A stretch of 64,000 bases of DNA. It comes from Lama glama. Taxonomy: Eukaryota. The position numbers and the translations under genes are program-made. Positions 1 to 14,469 of this stretch are shown here, piece by piece. The DNA lies in contig CM052816.1 of assembly GCA_028534125.1 (NCBI GenBank), forward strand, positions 56,732,001 to 56,796,000. The letters run 5' to 3'. The number at the start of each line of letters is the position of its first letter. The first letter of the stretch is position 1. Below the pieces are notes generated by a model, which was not told where the DNA came from, did not search any database, and saw only the letters and a list, made by a program, of their open reading frames with translations.

Positions 1-2429
1 TTTCTTAAAAGGTACAATCTTAATCAGATGGAATATACATTTAAGCTTCTATATTTGTTATAAGAACAGCCTCAAAACAGAACCATATGGAAACAAGTAT
101 AGAAAACACAATCTACACATATCCAAGAGTTTAGGCTTATATAATTTTAAGAATATTTAATACCTCCATATTTACTATGCTAAAATAAGAAAAAAAAAAT
201 CCAGCAGAGCTGAACAGTTAACTGCAAGGGTACATCTGAGATGACAAGAATACAAACCTAAGATCCTAAACACACAGATTCTAGAAGCGTTTGGCAAAGC
301 CAAGTACGTGAAGCCTCTTCCTCCTTGACTTCTAGTATCACACCATCCCATCTTCTGCCATCTGCCTCTAGCAAACATCAGTGCCAGGATGGAAACACGC
401 TTCCTTTCTGAATCATTCCTACAAAGACTCCCCAAAATAAGGCTGACTGCACTTGAGCACGATTCCCCTGAATTCAGGGGGAAAAAAACCTAAACTACGG
501 TAATTGTTTCAGTAATTCAGAAGAATCCAGAATCCCTCCCACCTAGATGACTGGTATCTAAACTGAATGAGGTAAACACTCACAGACTCCTATATGAGAG
601 CCCAAACCATCTTTGAGAAAGAGAAACATCAACGCTCAGAACATACAAGAAAGGACTGAGGCTTCCAAGGACACATTAGAAAACAGAATATTAAAATCAC
701 CTGCTCCTTTGGAGTTTTGCATGGAGTGGTCTCTGAGCATGCAACTCGTGTTTTTTGTTGCTGGTGGATTTATGAGACGCAGAGCACAGGGCCTTTATTG
801 CAGTGTTACAACGTTCTGTATGATTAATTGATTGCAAATCACCACACAGGGTGCCAAGATCAGTGGTAGGAAGCAGGTCATTAAATAAAATGAAAACCCT
901 GCCAATGTTTTGCTTGTAAATGTTTCTTCCAAAGCCTTACAACGGCCCCAGTCCCTACAAAATGACCTCAATTCACCTGGGAAGTAAAATCTCCTGTATT
1001 TTTGGCAGATGAGCCAAATATTCTACATTTAATCCAAACCTCCAGTATGTTATGTTTTGGGGGTTGGGGGGGAGAGCTGTCGTGTAATGAAATTTGCACA
1101 AAGAGCTATGGAAAAGAACTACCATGAAAATAATTAAATTTTGCACAGTCTTACCGTGAAACTGTTCAGTAAAAGGCTCAGAGCCCTCTCCTGCATAACT
1201 TGGAACCTTGTAAGACTACATTTTTCCTTAGGTAAAACTTCAAACCAAGCTTTAACGTTTCAAATTAAATTGAATTAATGTCTCATCCAGAAGGAGAATG
1301 GATATCCTGGTCCCGCATCCAAGGAAACTCCACAATGATTTATCGTGGCAAATTAACATCTCTACAGATCAAAACTCAGGCCCCGGCTTATTTATTATCT
1401 GGCTCGACGTCTGAGCAGAACAACAGGACAAGACTTCTCCCCTCAACCAGCTGTTTCTGGGTACTGACCAGCTGAGAACACACAGGTGCCTTTCAGTCAG
1501 TCGGTCTAGGGTAAAGCAAAGGGAGATATTTCTTAAGATGCCACCACCCTTAATTTTAAGATTGCTGTAATAAATATGTGATCTTTCAGGCAATATTTGA
1601 AGGCTGACAAGTAGAAGGTGGTGCCAGGGAAATTGGTACACGTTCTAGGAGTGCACTTAGCTACACAGATACTAATTGTCTTGCCTGGGGAGATACACTG
1701 GGCTGTTACACAGGATTTAGCAGAAGAAAAAGCATTTATGAAAGTGTTTCATTGATGCTGAACTAGCTGCCCGTGTTTAGTTCACTGGTGTTCGAGCTAC
1801 TTTACAGTTCAGAAAGAAATACCCCAGCGAATAGATAGGCTGACTAACTGTTACTGATGTAATAATTAAATGCTACATTGTTTATGTGCCATCTTCCTAA
1901 AATGACAGCAATGGATTCATTTCTACTTGTTGAGAATAAATTAAAGCATTTTATGGAGAATGTGTTTTAGCCTTTGGAGTTTTCAGTGACTACCCAGGGC
2001 CATTGGTGGCTATATGTACAATGTTCTAAAGGGAAAAGTAACTCATAAAAAGATGCTCTCTAGAGTTGAACAAACTGGTAAACAGGACTGTACACCAGAA
2101 AACAAATTTATTTTGACATTAATGAGGAAGGAAAGTTGGTAACTGCTAAAGTATGCTACCTGGAATCCAGGAAGGTCCTCAAGGCAAACAATCTTGTAAC
2201 AACCTTATAGTTACCCTGACGTTTTAAGGATGCCATCTAACATATACTCATTTTAGGGAAGTTTTGAAACTCACCTGATCCAGGTAGCTAGCCTGTGTGT
2301 CTTAACCACCATCACACCCCGCAGGTCTGCTGCTTTTCCTCAACCTCTTTCAATGCCTCAGTCGAGTCAGGCTGTGTGGCTCAAGCTCACAGTTGCTTTC
2401 ATTTCTGCTAAAGAGTGTAGACCTTGCCT

Positions 2430-2620
2430 CCTTCATTCATGGCGTAATTATTTATCAGATGTTCATTATATGCCAAACACTGCGCTTGGTGCGTGTGTGA
2501 GAGCGATTAACAAAGGAGATACCTGGAGTCCCCCACCCCCTTGAAACTTATTCTGCAGAAGGACAGGGAGACGTAACGTACATTATTACACATGTAATTG
2601 ATTCAAATTATGAGAAATGC
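2430..2620 (-). mobile_element. L2 3' fragment
   Basis: cattcat...tatttat...tatatgccaaacactgcgcttggtgc. Confidence 0.55.
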
Positions 2621-2939
2621 TAAGAAGAGATGCTTCCGGGTGATTCTGAGCCTTGATTTTTATCAGTTTATCCAGGACCAACAAGGACAAATCAATTCAG
2701 AATAACTGAACTCAAAAAGAAATGAAGGTCATAAACCAGAACACAATTTTTACACTTAAAGTGAGAAATGGTTTAAACCAAAATCCTCCTCTTGGGTGTC
2801 CTCAACATTTTCTTTCTGGTAGGAAAGCCTATTCAGGGAACTCAAGTATTATTTGAAGTTTCCCTGAGGATATGTTGATATAATGCAAGCATTCTGTTGA
2901 TGTGGAAGCTCTACACGCCACATTGAGGTGTTTAGTCTT

Positions 2940-3115
2940 TTTTAAAAAGATTTTATTGTGTATTTTTAAAAATTCTTTTTTACTTTTCATTTATTTAATT
3001 GGGGGGGGGATTAGGTTTACTTATCTATTTATTTTTAGAGGAGGTACTGGGGATTGAACCCAGGACCTTGTATATGCCAAGCATGCTCTCTACCACTTGA
3101 ACTATGTCCTCCCTC
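2940..3115 (-). mobile_element. tRNA-derived SINE, camelid (Vic-type)
   Basis: Minus strand reads GGGAGGACATAGTTCAAGTGGTAGAG...GGTCCTGGGTTCAATCCCCAGTACCTCCTCTAAAAATAAAT (A/B boxes, A-rich tail); degenerate direct repeats tgaggtgtttagtctt (2924-2939) and tgagatatttggtctt (3116-3131). Confidence 0.85.
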
Positions 3116-4249
3116 TGAGATATTTGGTCTTGTTGCCAGAATATTTCTTACATTTGGTCCTGAAAGCATGGCTGACTGACGTAACCTCTTCCTCTACAGA
3201 GAGCAACAAAGGGAAGCAAAAAGCTGTGCTTTCAGGACCTCCCCGCAGGACAGTTCTAGTGATACACTAGCAAACACCTCCACTTGGAGCAATAGGGAAA
3301 AGAAGTTAACCCTTTATATCCTAATGTATTTCCATTCTGAGTAAAAAAAAATTCTGCAGTTTATGGGTTTTTAAAAAACCATATTTTAAATTATTAGCTT
3401 CCTACTGACATTTAAGGGACGCTTTCATTTCTACCAGCACGCTCCCTTGGAATCACAATTACAATGAATTCTTTCCAGCAGGAAGGGATGAAGCTGAAGT
3501 TCACTGGTTCCCAGAACATGTGTGGCTTTCTTTTTCTTTTTCCTTTTTTTCCTTTTTAGAGCTTAGGAATCACGCAGCCGAGTGAGCGTTTGAACTGAGG
3601 ATCTCTGACATCAAGCCCAGCACTCCAGGCTGGCAGGGCGAGAACAGACCACAGGGTGGCCGCTTTGGAATCACCAGAGGAGAATGTCAGATAAACAAAC
3701 CTGCGGGCCCAGCCCAGTCCTACCAAACCAGAATTCCTGAACAGAGGAATTCATACTTTGACTGCCTTCTCCCAGAAACCTGATGCACAGCCAGCTACAT
3801 TGCCCATGGTTCCAGCAGCCAATCCCACCCCTGGCATCTTACTTCTCATCAGCCTCATAGTTAGAAGGTGACCCTTATAACCCATCACAGGATTTGGGTA
3901 GCTGGAGTTGGGGGGTGAATCTCTCTGTGTTTTAAGCCACTAGCGTTAACTCCATCCACTATACTCAACTCCATTTTTCTAAATTCATCTTTTCACAGAG
4001 ACTGAATGAATAAAAAGTTAAAAAGAAAAGTGCCTTATCAAAAAACAGAGACAGCAACCACCGTCTCACAAGAGTGTTGTAAAGAACAAATGATACCATT
4101 AACTTAAATATGTTTCTCAACGGCATGAAGTGCTGGTAACATTACATGATTAATTCCTCCCAAGGTGAATTAATTGGGATGAAACTTCCAAGCCAGGAGG
4201 ACCATAACCTCCTCAATTTAAGTGAAGAAGAAAAATCAGTTAGACTATC

Positions 4250-4405
4250 TGTTTTCACAAATAAAATTTTACTGGAACACAGCTAATCTCCTTCCTGATG
4301 TATTGTCTATGGTTTCTTTCGAGCTACAATGGAGACAAAGACCTGAGGGACTGAAAAGACGAAGGTATTCACTGTAATCCTTTAAGGAAAAGTTTGCTAC
4401 CCACT
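4250..4405. mobile_element. hAT-Charlie fossil (MER58-like)
   Basis: aaataaaattttactggaacacagc...tattgtctatgg...aaaagtttgctaccc. Confidence 0.65.
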
Positions 4406-5769
4406 GAAACAGACGGTCATATTCTCCTTAGCTGAGCACTCTACATCTTAAGCAAGCCCTAGAAATGGAATCATCGTGGTTAGATGGACACAGGGGTGAG
4501 TGAGGAGAGAGTCCCCAGATCCTGCTTTGTAGATGTGATGCTGTCTCTGCCAGTCTTGGATCATTGTTCCAGGAGTCACTGAGAGTGAAAGGAGCATGTC
4601 TTATCCTGCAGGGATTTTGGTACCTACATGGTTACAATCTTCCTTTCCAAACCCAACCCTTAATCCCTTCGAGAATAAAGCCACACTACACTAGAGAGGT
4701 CAAATATGTAACACATAGATGACAGGTGTGTACGTACATACTTGTATATACGTACATGCATGTAGGGTTTTTTTTTTCATATTTTAAGTTCAGGATGACC
4801 CAAGGTCAGGCCTATTCTCTGGAATCCTTCGTACTGATACACTCTCGCTCCAGCAACTTGTTCAAACCAAACTGGAACTGAGGCGGGGATGCAAAGGCAG
4901 CCACACGGCTGGCTGGCTGCCTCTGAATCCACCCACCTGCTGGCTGTGCTCTCCCATGTGTACTGGGCTCTGTGCGCCCAGGCAGAATGGCCCTGGCCCA
5001 GTTGGCTCACAGCCAACCTGCCCCCAGAGAACGATGCCGTCAGGAAGCTGGCAGGCAGCACCGTGGCTCACCAGGCTCTGCAAACAAATGGCATGTATCC
5101 CTTTCCTGGTACAAAATCTGCAAAAGGTGAAAGTCAATCATCCACCTTGTCAGTGAGAAAGATTAAAATGAAGTCTTTGAGCCCAATTATTTACTCTCTT
5201 GTCATGACGTCGGTTACTGAGAGCAAGCAGTATTGCAGTTTCCTTTAAAATGTTAACCAAAGTGACAGCCAAGATTCTAGAAGAAAAGATAAAGAGCTGA
5301 TCAGTGATTTCCCAATTGTGAGTACAGATCTATCTGGATAATAATTTGATGTCACAGTGAATATTCTCAACCTCTCAGCTATGGCTTTACTTAAGCAATC
5401 CAAAACAAAGGCAGCTAACATTCCTCCCAATCACAGAAAGAGTTCAAAATTCCCAAAGCTCCTTAATTAAGGTCTAGGTTTGGAAAAATGGCCTAATGAA
5501 TCTATAGGCAGTATTTTCTGCCCTAATTTCTGTGTTGACACAGGCTTGATAACAGATACCTATATCTATAAATATAAAGAATATAGATATTTATCATAAT
5601 TTTACTGTCATGAATTTTTAAACAAAATTTAGTTCACTTCCCTAAGCAAGTTTTTTTTTTAAAGTTCACACTGTAGTTAAATTATAGCTCAACTTTGGTA
5701 CAGTTTTTTTTTTTAATTAAAGCTTTCATGGCACCTAAAAATAGCAATGAGGAAAAAAATCATTTTTCT

Positions 5770-6135
5770 GTGTTAAAGGCTGAATTGTGTTCCCCCCAAA
5801 ATTCATATTTTGAAGTCCTAATCTCCATTACCTCAAAATGTATTTGGAGAGCCTTCAAAGAAGTAATTATGCGACGTCATTAAGGTGGGTCCTAACCCAA
5901 TATGGCAACTGTCCTTTAAGAAGATGAAATTAGGACGAAGATTTGGACAGAAGGAAGACCATGTGAAGACAGGGAGAAGACAGCCCTCTGTAAGCCAAGA
6001 AGAGAGGCTTCAGAAGAGCCAGCCCTGCCAACACCTTGATCTTGGATTTCCAGCCTCCAGAGCTGTGAGCTTCCTGTTGTTCAAGACCCCTCGTCTGCAG
6101 TGCTTCGTTATGGCCGCCCTAGCCATCTCACACAT
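5770..6135 (+). mobile_element. MaLR solo LTR (MLT1A/B-like)
   Basis: tgttaaaggctgaattgtgttcccccaaaattcatat...gccctgccaacaccttgatcttggatttccagcctccagagctgtgag...gttatggccgccctag. Confidence 0.85.
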
Positions 6136-7519
6136 CCACCTTTTCAAATGCTCCTTTGTCACTGAAGTTTATATAGTATCTAATGCCAGCTTCAGTTTTA
6201 TGGGAAATTGCCTGTAGGTCTCTGGCAAAGCATCTTTCCACACAGATTACACAAATAAGGTGCCCATTTCTGAATTATAAAATATTTTTAAAATATTAGA
6301 AATTATCACATACTCACGTCTTAAACACTATTACTTAGATACTAACTACAGCATGGCTTTTTACTTGGAAACTTTCTATCATATTTCCATATGCAAAAGA
6401 CATGTCACTGGAAGTTTAACACAGCTGTCTGTATTTTTAGAAAAGAAGAAACAACACTGCCAAGATAAAATATTCTGAATACGATGCTTCGAATTTTGAA
6501 AATATTTTGATGGGCACCAAATTCCAACATGTAGTAAAAAGAAATACCCTTTTGGAATCCAAACTTACTCAAGTTATTCTTTTTTTTTCCAATGTCAACT
6601 ACATGACTAATGCACACATTTGGTTCTTGATTAAAATTTTATCATAGGCATTATGGTGAAACCATGATGCTTTAACTACATTGAAGAGAAGCTTTTTAGG
6701 TAAATATTGAGGCGCAGACAAAAGTATAACTGAAAAGGGAAACTAAGAAGATTTCAGATTAATTAGCATACCATATTTTCTCTGTTGATTAATGAAAAGC
6801 CAAATAGCATAAACTAACAGTGACACTAAATAAGTAGTTCTAGAATTCTAAAAGCTAGGTGAGGAACAAAGGCACACAAAGAAGTGTTTTCTGTTGGTTT
6901 TGCCTTTAAGAAGAGTAATATGCAGTTGAGCAATTCTTGGAGCCAATTATATAGCATTTGTTCTACAGGGACTATACTGTTTAAAGAATTTCAAATTTTC
7001 TGTAGTCTTGGCTGGTGTCCCTCAGAGGAGTTCTGGTTAAGTTCTTAAATCAACCATCCCCTCCACTATAAATAAAATCAAATACCAATTTGGATTTAAT
7101 GTTCAGACATTAAGAATTTTGTTCACGAGACAACTTCTAAAACTGGAAAGTAAAGTTCTTTCTAAAGTATTACCTTAAAAAACATTTACAAGTAGCATGG
7201 GGCTATTATATGGACAATATTTGAGAAACAAATGATCCTCAAGAAAAGGTGTCTTATGGGAAAAAAAGTGAAGCTAAAGGGTATTTATGATATCTGAAGA
7301 TGTTCAGAACACATGCAAGCACTGGCCACCACAGTCCAAATGATTTGGAAATATTTTCTAAATGGTAATATTAACAAAAGAAGGAAGGGAAGAAAACAAC
7401 AACAAAGAACTGGCCATTGGTCATGAATATCCTGCCGGCATTACAATAGGATTTATTCTGGTTCTACTCCAGCTTCTCTTAGAGGACAATTTAAAACAGC
7501 TTTTTAGAAATTAACAACA

Positions 7520-7750
7520 TACAGTGTAACGGTTCAGAGCCTGGGCTCCATAACCAGTCTTCCCTGTTCTACCTCTGGCTTTGCTATTTACTAGCTGTGT
7601 GGCCTTGGACAAGTCACTGAACTTCTCTGTGCCTCAGCTACCCCTCTCAAATGGAGACAAGAACAGAATGATCTCAGTGGAATGTTGTGAGTACTAAATG
7701 GGCTTCTCTATGTTAAACCTTAGCACAGTGCTTGAAATTTGGCAAGTGTC
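7520..7750 (+). mobile_element. MIR SINE
   Basis: tactagctgtgtggccttggacaagtcactgaacttctctgtgcctcag...cttagcacagtgc. Confidence 0.8.
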
Positions 7751-10296
7751 ATACAACTGTTGGTGGCAGTGGTGTGACAGACAGAGCAACTCAAACACCG
7801 ATTTCACCCAGAACACAAAGAGCCCAGTAACATGTCTGATGAGGTTGGCTTGAACAAACTAAATGACAATTCCAAGCTGGGCGACAGCTAAACACATTCG
7901 AGAATTTTATTTACATACAATTTTTTTCCACCAGGCTTACTGTTCCCAAAATTCACATTTCCACTGATCTGAGCTGCTCTTACGCACCCAGTACAAGAAC
8001 AGAAAAAAGAGCAAACCATTCTTTCAGGAGCTACCTGAAAGCAGCTGACCTGAAGGCCTACTGATGAAATCAAATCACAGTTAAACGCACATTTAACAAA
8101 AACACCAGCCAAGAACATCAGAGGCAAATTTTGTTAGCCAGAGTGATGGTCACTGACAAGCACTCGCCCAGAGATACAGCAGCAAAATGTGGAAACAGAG
8201 GATGCTGACACCACACTGTCCTCGATTCTAGCACAAGGACTGTCCCCCTTCCACCAGCAGCACCTGGACCAGTTTCTTCCAGCCTCCTCCTGTCCCCCCT
8301 CCCGCCCCCCAACTCCCTCCCTGGGGCATACGTGGAGAGCAGAGGCCGAGGCTATGATGACCACCATCAGCGGCTTATTTTGAGCTACTTTCGATTCTAA
8401 GAACCGTGAAAGCTCTGGAGTGGCTCGAACAATTTTATCTGGCCCTGACAACCCTCTTAAGAATATATACCCAATTTTCCTTCCACCTCCCTATCGCCTC
8501 CTCCTAATCTGACTTCTCTCTCCTCCAGAAACTGCTTATCACGCTTAAGTAAACAAACATAAATAGAAGTTTTTGACTAGTTGCAAAACTCCAGTGCCGA
8601 ACAGCCCGCGCTGCATTTCTGATCTAATCCCTATTTGCACACACCAGGATGTTCCTGAGAGATGAAGGCCGAACTTGGTTTTGCTCTCTTCTATCAATGT
8701 CCTGGGTGTCCTTGGCCTACACCAGACACAAGATCTAAAGCATTAAGTACATTTTCTCCACACTTTCCAGGGTTACATTTAATTCCTCATATGTGGAGAG
8801 TCTGGTTTTGTATATAATCACTGTTTATTTCCTTAGTACATTTTCTATCTCCTGCAAGTGTGCTGTCAAATGTTTAAAAGCCTTCTATTTTAAAGCACAA
8901 GTCGATAGGAAAAGATGGGAGACATAGAAAAAGTAGAAATACGTCTTTTAAACAAAAGCAGAATGTGGTTTAATTCAAACCGAGCTTCTGAATTATCCCA
9001 AAGCCAGTATGCAAAACCACACTTAACAATGCAGATGGCACTGCGAACAGCAACTTAATGAATCCACACAGCAAAGCCACGTGGACCAAGAGAAGGCATT
9101 CTGCAGTATGATCGCTACGGCATTAGAGCTGCAAGATAACACATTAAAGGGGTTACATTTTCTACATGCTGCCTATTTTTAAAATCTCAATTCACTACTT
9201 CATTGCATTTTTTTCTTTTTTCTTTAAATAACATTTGAAACGATACTTTAAAGAACTATTTCATTCTCTCCTATCCGCTGACAAGAAATAAGAAAGTTGC
9301 AGCAGTGAATTACCCACTGCTAAGTATCAACGTAATTTGGATTAGTAAGACCTCTACTTTCAGGCAGCGTCAGAATTATTACTCTCTAATTCCAAGAAGC
9401 TGAACACATTCAAGCGTTTCCATTCCTGAAAAATTATCCTACTGACAAACTACGAATATATAAGAAGCATGGAAACAAATCTGTGTCCAGTTCTGAAGAG
9501 CTCGACCTCACTGCTTGTTTCATGTTTCTGAAACATTTTGCTGTCGGTGATTTATTTCACATCCATGTGGCCGGCCATTTGTTTATTCTATCGCATGCCA
9601 TCTGTTTTTCGGTAGAGAGGTTTCAAGTTCTTCTCATTCCCTACTTCATATCCCACGGAAAACAATTTATAATAGACATAGATTTAAATCATTTGGATAC
9701 ATGTGGAGCTGGTAACTGGAGCTGCCTTTCATTTCTATTTGGCAAATGCTTTAATGGGATTAGCAAATCGTGTTATTACGAGATACTTATGGAGACACAC
9801 CACCTTTTTTCTTCTTTTTTTAAACAATGACAAATGATGTGAACAATTTCATTTTGGGTGTTTAACAGCCACAGAGAAGATTTTTACTAAGGTTACAGGA
9901 AATTTCCCCAAGAGACGATAAACCCCTACTACAAACCCTGTCCATCTTTTATTTCTGAGAGTCAAGAAGTATGTGGATCAGGATGTGGTCGGGTCTACAG
10001 TGAGGAATAAATATCAAGCTGCTTCACTTTTCAGGGAAAGTTATCATTTGACCCACAGATCTGAAAACCCTGGCTGGTTCTCCTATCTTGTTGGCATCCT
10101 CCAACCTCTCTGACACTGGTCTCATTTGCCAGATAACTTTCCCCAAAGAAAAGTTTATGCCACAAACTCCAGCTCATCAACACCGATTTATTCCCAGTCT
10201 AGAGCCCACTTTGATTTGCTCTAAAGAAAGAACCAACCATTCAGAGAAACAGCTTCTTGCGGAAACTCTACAGATGATGATAAAAGCATTAATTAC

Positions 10297-10597
10297 CATT
10301 TTTACAAGGATCCTCGCTGCTTTGGTGGAGAGGGGGTATCTGATGGCAGGACCCAGCGGCTATCCACAGTTCATGGCTGACATCCAAGGGCTGAGAAAGG
10401 TCCATCTTGAGGTCCACTGGATTTTCATTAGTCCTTAGCAAAGCAGAATGAGACATATCTCGGTGGTACGTGGCATCCTGATGGATATCTGATGAAGTTG
10501 GTTTGTTGAAAGTGTTAAGTGACATATGTACTAAAGCTTCATTGATGAAGAATGAATTTTCATGACATAAACTCTCAGATCGATTAAGTTCCATTAC
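10297..10597 (-). CDS. ARHGEF28: ARHGEF28 coding exon (~exon 35), 301 nt, VMELNRSESLCHENSFF...SSEDPCKN
   Basis: ctcacacag|GTAATG...AAAAATG|gtaatt; within ORF 10289..10639. Confidence 0.94.
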
Positions 10598-11721
10598 CTG
10601 TGTGAGCAAAAAGAAAAAATACAGTAACTTCTCCAGCAATCTGTGTAAGTTTTATAAAGTATTTATTCTGAACAGAATTTAGCAGTCAAGATTTTAATAC
10701 GAGTGACGTTGAAAAGGATACTACCCTTGATCCTTCCTCCCATCCCTTTTTAATGGGCTGGTACCAAAACCTTCCATTCACAATGCACAGCGTGTTTTAA
10801 AAGAAACAAAAACCAAACCAAAAAAACACAAGCAGTGGTGCTCATCACCACTAAAGTGTGTCTACTTTAAGGGAATAATATTTTTACTTTGGCTAAATAA
10901 AAGGTGAAAACATTCATGTATACATAAGGTATTTGCAATAAATGTAATTTAGCCAGTTTGAAAGGAAAATCAGATGTAACAGATCATTCTTATAAGCTTA
11001 TCAACTTTTACAATTTTATGTACTCTCAATAAAAAGTATGTATGTGCACCTAGTACAGAAAAGTAAACTCCTGGGACAAATGGAACTGCCAAGCATGGTT
11101 AGAGAGGGTGCAAAAGGAAACACAGAACCTTTGGAAAGATTTTATCCAGTACAATCATTAATTAGTATACGACTCACGTTAACTGTTATTAGGGAAATGA
11201 ATTTTGAGTTTACTAGGTCAAATTTACAAAAAGAGAATCAGCTTGGAATAACAGAAAAATATTATACTTATTACATTTAGTACCGCTGCACATTAACAGC
11301 TAACTGATCTACTAAAAAGTCAATCTAAACAGAACTCTAATGACTAGAGCCTGTAAAGGGGGTCCTTCAACTAGAGGAAAACCAGCATTGCTCGCAGTGA
11401 GCACGCGTCCAGGACAAACTAGCCTTAATGGGGCAACTTGGTTCTGTGTTTCTTCCTTTGCATGAGGGCATCTCAGAGTCCAATGAACCCATGATCCAGC
11501 AGCACCGAGGCCCTTCAAATGTCCCTATTTCAAGTCAAGATGCCTATGCATTGTCTCTGAAGGTTCCCAGCCTCTGCTGCCTACATACTGATGAACTCTT
11601 GTGAGCTCTTACAGAAGCAGCAAGAAGATGGATGTTTGGTCAATGGCTCGACAGCCAGGACTAAACCCGTCTCTGGGAAGCTGCCTTACACTCTGCTTTC
11701 GTAGCCACGGAAGACACGTAC

Positions 11722-12207
11722 CTCCATGCTTCCCGGGGAAAACGCTGCGGGAAGGCTACTCTGCCGGCTGTGTTTCCAGCCGCACAGCAGGCTCTGCTGG
11801 GCCCGCATCCTCTCCCGCTCCCTCTCTACCAGGCGCTGGCCCTCCCGCAGCCGCTCCAGGTTCTGCTGGTACTCCTGGAGCTGCTGGTCCAGCTCCCCGC
11901 GGCTCCTGAGCAGCAGCTCCTCCTGCGACTGGCACTCCCGCTCGCGCTCCTGCAGCCAGCTGGCCTTGGCCGCCTGCTCCCGCTGCTGCTGGTCGCACCT
12001 GCGGTGCCAGCGCTGCTGGTCCTGCTGGAACTGATGCTGGAGCTTGTGGATGTTGGCCAGCTCCTCCCGCCGCTTCTCCAGGTTGCGGTACCTCTCCTGG
12101 TCCTGAAAGGGGCTGCCTCGGAAAAAGGGGCCGGGGGACAGGCTCTCCTGCTGCTGGAGCACAAGCCTGTGGATCTCAATGTGGCTGTCCTGAATGGTCA
12201 AGGCGGC
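11722..12207 (-). CDS. ARHGEF28: ARHGEF28 coding exon (~exon 34), 486 nt, Q/E/R-rich coiled coil AALTIQDSHIEIH...RQSSLPAAFSPGSME
   Basis: ccgccag|GCCGCC...ATGGAG|gtacgt; GC/CpG-rich, open frame of 162 codons. Confidence 0.96.
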
Positions 12208-14469
12208 CTGGCGGAGCAGAGAGGAAGAAAGTGAAGGCTTCCATGTTGTTTGCACCTTGGGGTGGAATGACCTCTAAAAATCACGACCCAATTATTCTCT
12301 CTTAATATTTCTGTCCCTTGCTCTAAGTTACCTCCAGAGACTGACCTTGGCCCTGCAAATAAGCTTGTCTGCACTTCCTCAGTGGTATGGCCTGGGATTT
12401 ATGTATGAAAGAAATAAAAGCACAAAAGCAATACTCATCCTCTCTTCTGGAAACGTGGTTTATTGCTGGTTGCTGGATAGTATTTAAGCAAGTGTTCTGA
12501 AGAAGAATCCAGTCCCTAAATTCACGAGACTCTGCATTCCTGTGCTATGTCTCATTTTCTTTCTAAGGTCTCTGGAGTCAGTAATTCAGGAGAATTTAAG
12601 AATCTATATAAATCTGGTAGTACCCTTTGAGCCTCAAACCAGAAATTACTTAAACTATACGACATACGTGGAGACATAAAAATAAAAGTCAACCACTTGG
12701 AAGCTTTCGGTAAATAATCTCTTTTATGATATAACGTCTGAGAAGACGGTTAATATCTTACTTAGGAGATATGTATGTGGAAAAACTAGTCCCCTGACTG
12801 TTGCTTCTTTGTATTACAGCAGGAGTGGCACACAGAAAACACTCAGCTGAAATTCATTTGTCTAATGGACGGCTAAAAGGAGGCTGTGATGATTAAAGGA
12901 AGACAGGTACCCTCAAACCCAAGGGGACATCACCAACCAGATTAAAAAAACATTTCTAGTTACGGTATCTGCCTATGAAAAGTTTGGCAGTATCATGGGA
13001 AACAACTGCCAAGTTTTAGAAAGATTTCACAAAACCAAGAAAAACAACCTCTGCGAATGCCCTTGGAAGCTTTTAATTTTAGAAGTTCCCATTGAAAGCA
13101 CAAAGAAGCAGGGGAGGGACAACTTGAAAATGGCCACATACTGGTTATGTGTGTGCATTGTGACCCATTAGGAGAAGTTATTACTCTCCTGGGGATAAAT
13201 TCTCATTTTTCTTTCCTAAAACTTTTAAAAACTGTCCATGTAACAGATGCTGGGAAGATGGGGACTTGACCAGTAGTTCGTTGCTAAATCAGCAGTTTCC
13301 TATGCTTCCGAAGGTTAAAGAACTAATACATGTTTTAAATGGGTATGTGTCTTGGAATGAGACTCCACAATGTATTCAGTGGGGCCTTCTGAAATAAAAT
13401 TCATGTTTTTAAATTTGAAAATCAATTCAGAAAATTTCAAATTCAGATGAATATTCGATTAATGTCTTTCAGCAGTTATTATAAAGGAAACAATGACATC
13501 ATTGGGAATGGGTCCTAATTACTCTGATCTTTAGACATGAAACAATAAGCTATTCAGGACTCTGCTGACCTAGCTAAAGCGAACTGTAGACTGAACATCA
13601 CCACTTAATTCTAACAGATCCTAAGGGCATCAACACAGTAAAACAAACAAGCAAAAATCCAGTATTTTATATGCCAACGCTGCCACAGGCAATGATAATG
13701 CTCATGTAAGGATTACAATTAGATTAATTAAGTGCTGCCATGAAGTATTCTTCATATCGACTTAACAGCTGGGATAAGACCACTCTTTCCTGTAGCAGAG
13801 AGGTGAAGTCTGAAGACTGGATATTCATTTTGGCACTTAGAGTTTATATTTAGGACAGAGAACAGCACTTGCTTTTCAAGTTTAGGGAAACTCCCAGGTC
13901 CCTCTCTCTTAACTTTTTTTTGCGGAAGTAAGTGTGTCCTTCCCTTTCTGCCTGGCCTACACCTCAGCCCTAACTCTGTTCTTCTAACACAGGGATCAAA
14001 GTTCATTTTCATCTGATTCAAAAATGCTTATGCAAAAGCTTTCATCGTGTCTAAGAGATTCAGCTTCAAAAGAGATGGCGGTGCCATGAATAGAAATCTT
14101 CCAAAGCCCATGTCCTGAGACTAACTCAAAAGCTTTGGTGAAGAGAACCCACTATAGAATCAGATATTTCCCATGTTGCTTCAGCCTAATGTGTTGCAAA
14201 AACTAGGTTATTTAGGTCACCCAGCTTTTCTGAGCCGTGAATCCACACAGGGCTGCATTCAAGGTTGAAAAGAAGAGCTACGACCTTGTTTCCATCAGGC
14301 GACACAAGCCAGGACACTCAGAGTTTTTATATTGCAAAAGTTGATGACCTATACTCAAACTATATCCCTTCTCAGCTAAAATTTAAAAGAAAGAATACTT
14401 GTTTTCCATGAGAAATTCATCTCTAAGAATATCCACCCCAGACCGGCATATCTAATGTAATGGCATTTC

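Noticed and set aside
1..10180. Search for the ARHGEF28 terminal exon or a small cassette exon
   Set aside because: No convincing match found; they probably lie beyond the left edge of the window
11601..12234. Several overlapping plus-strand and alternate-frame ORFs (102-154 aa)
   Set aside because: Shadow ORFs of the GC-rich, CAG/GAG-rich coiled-coil exon; no independent evidence
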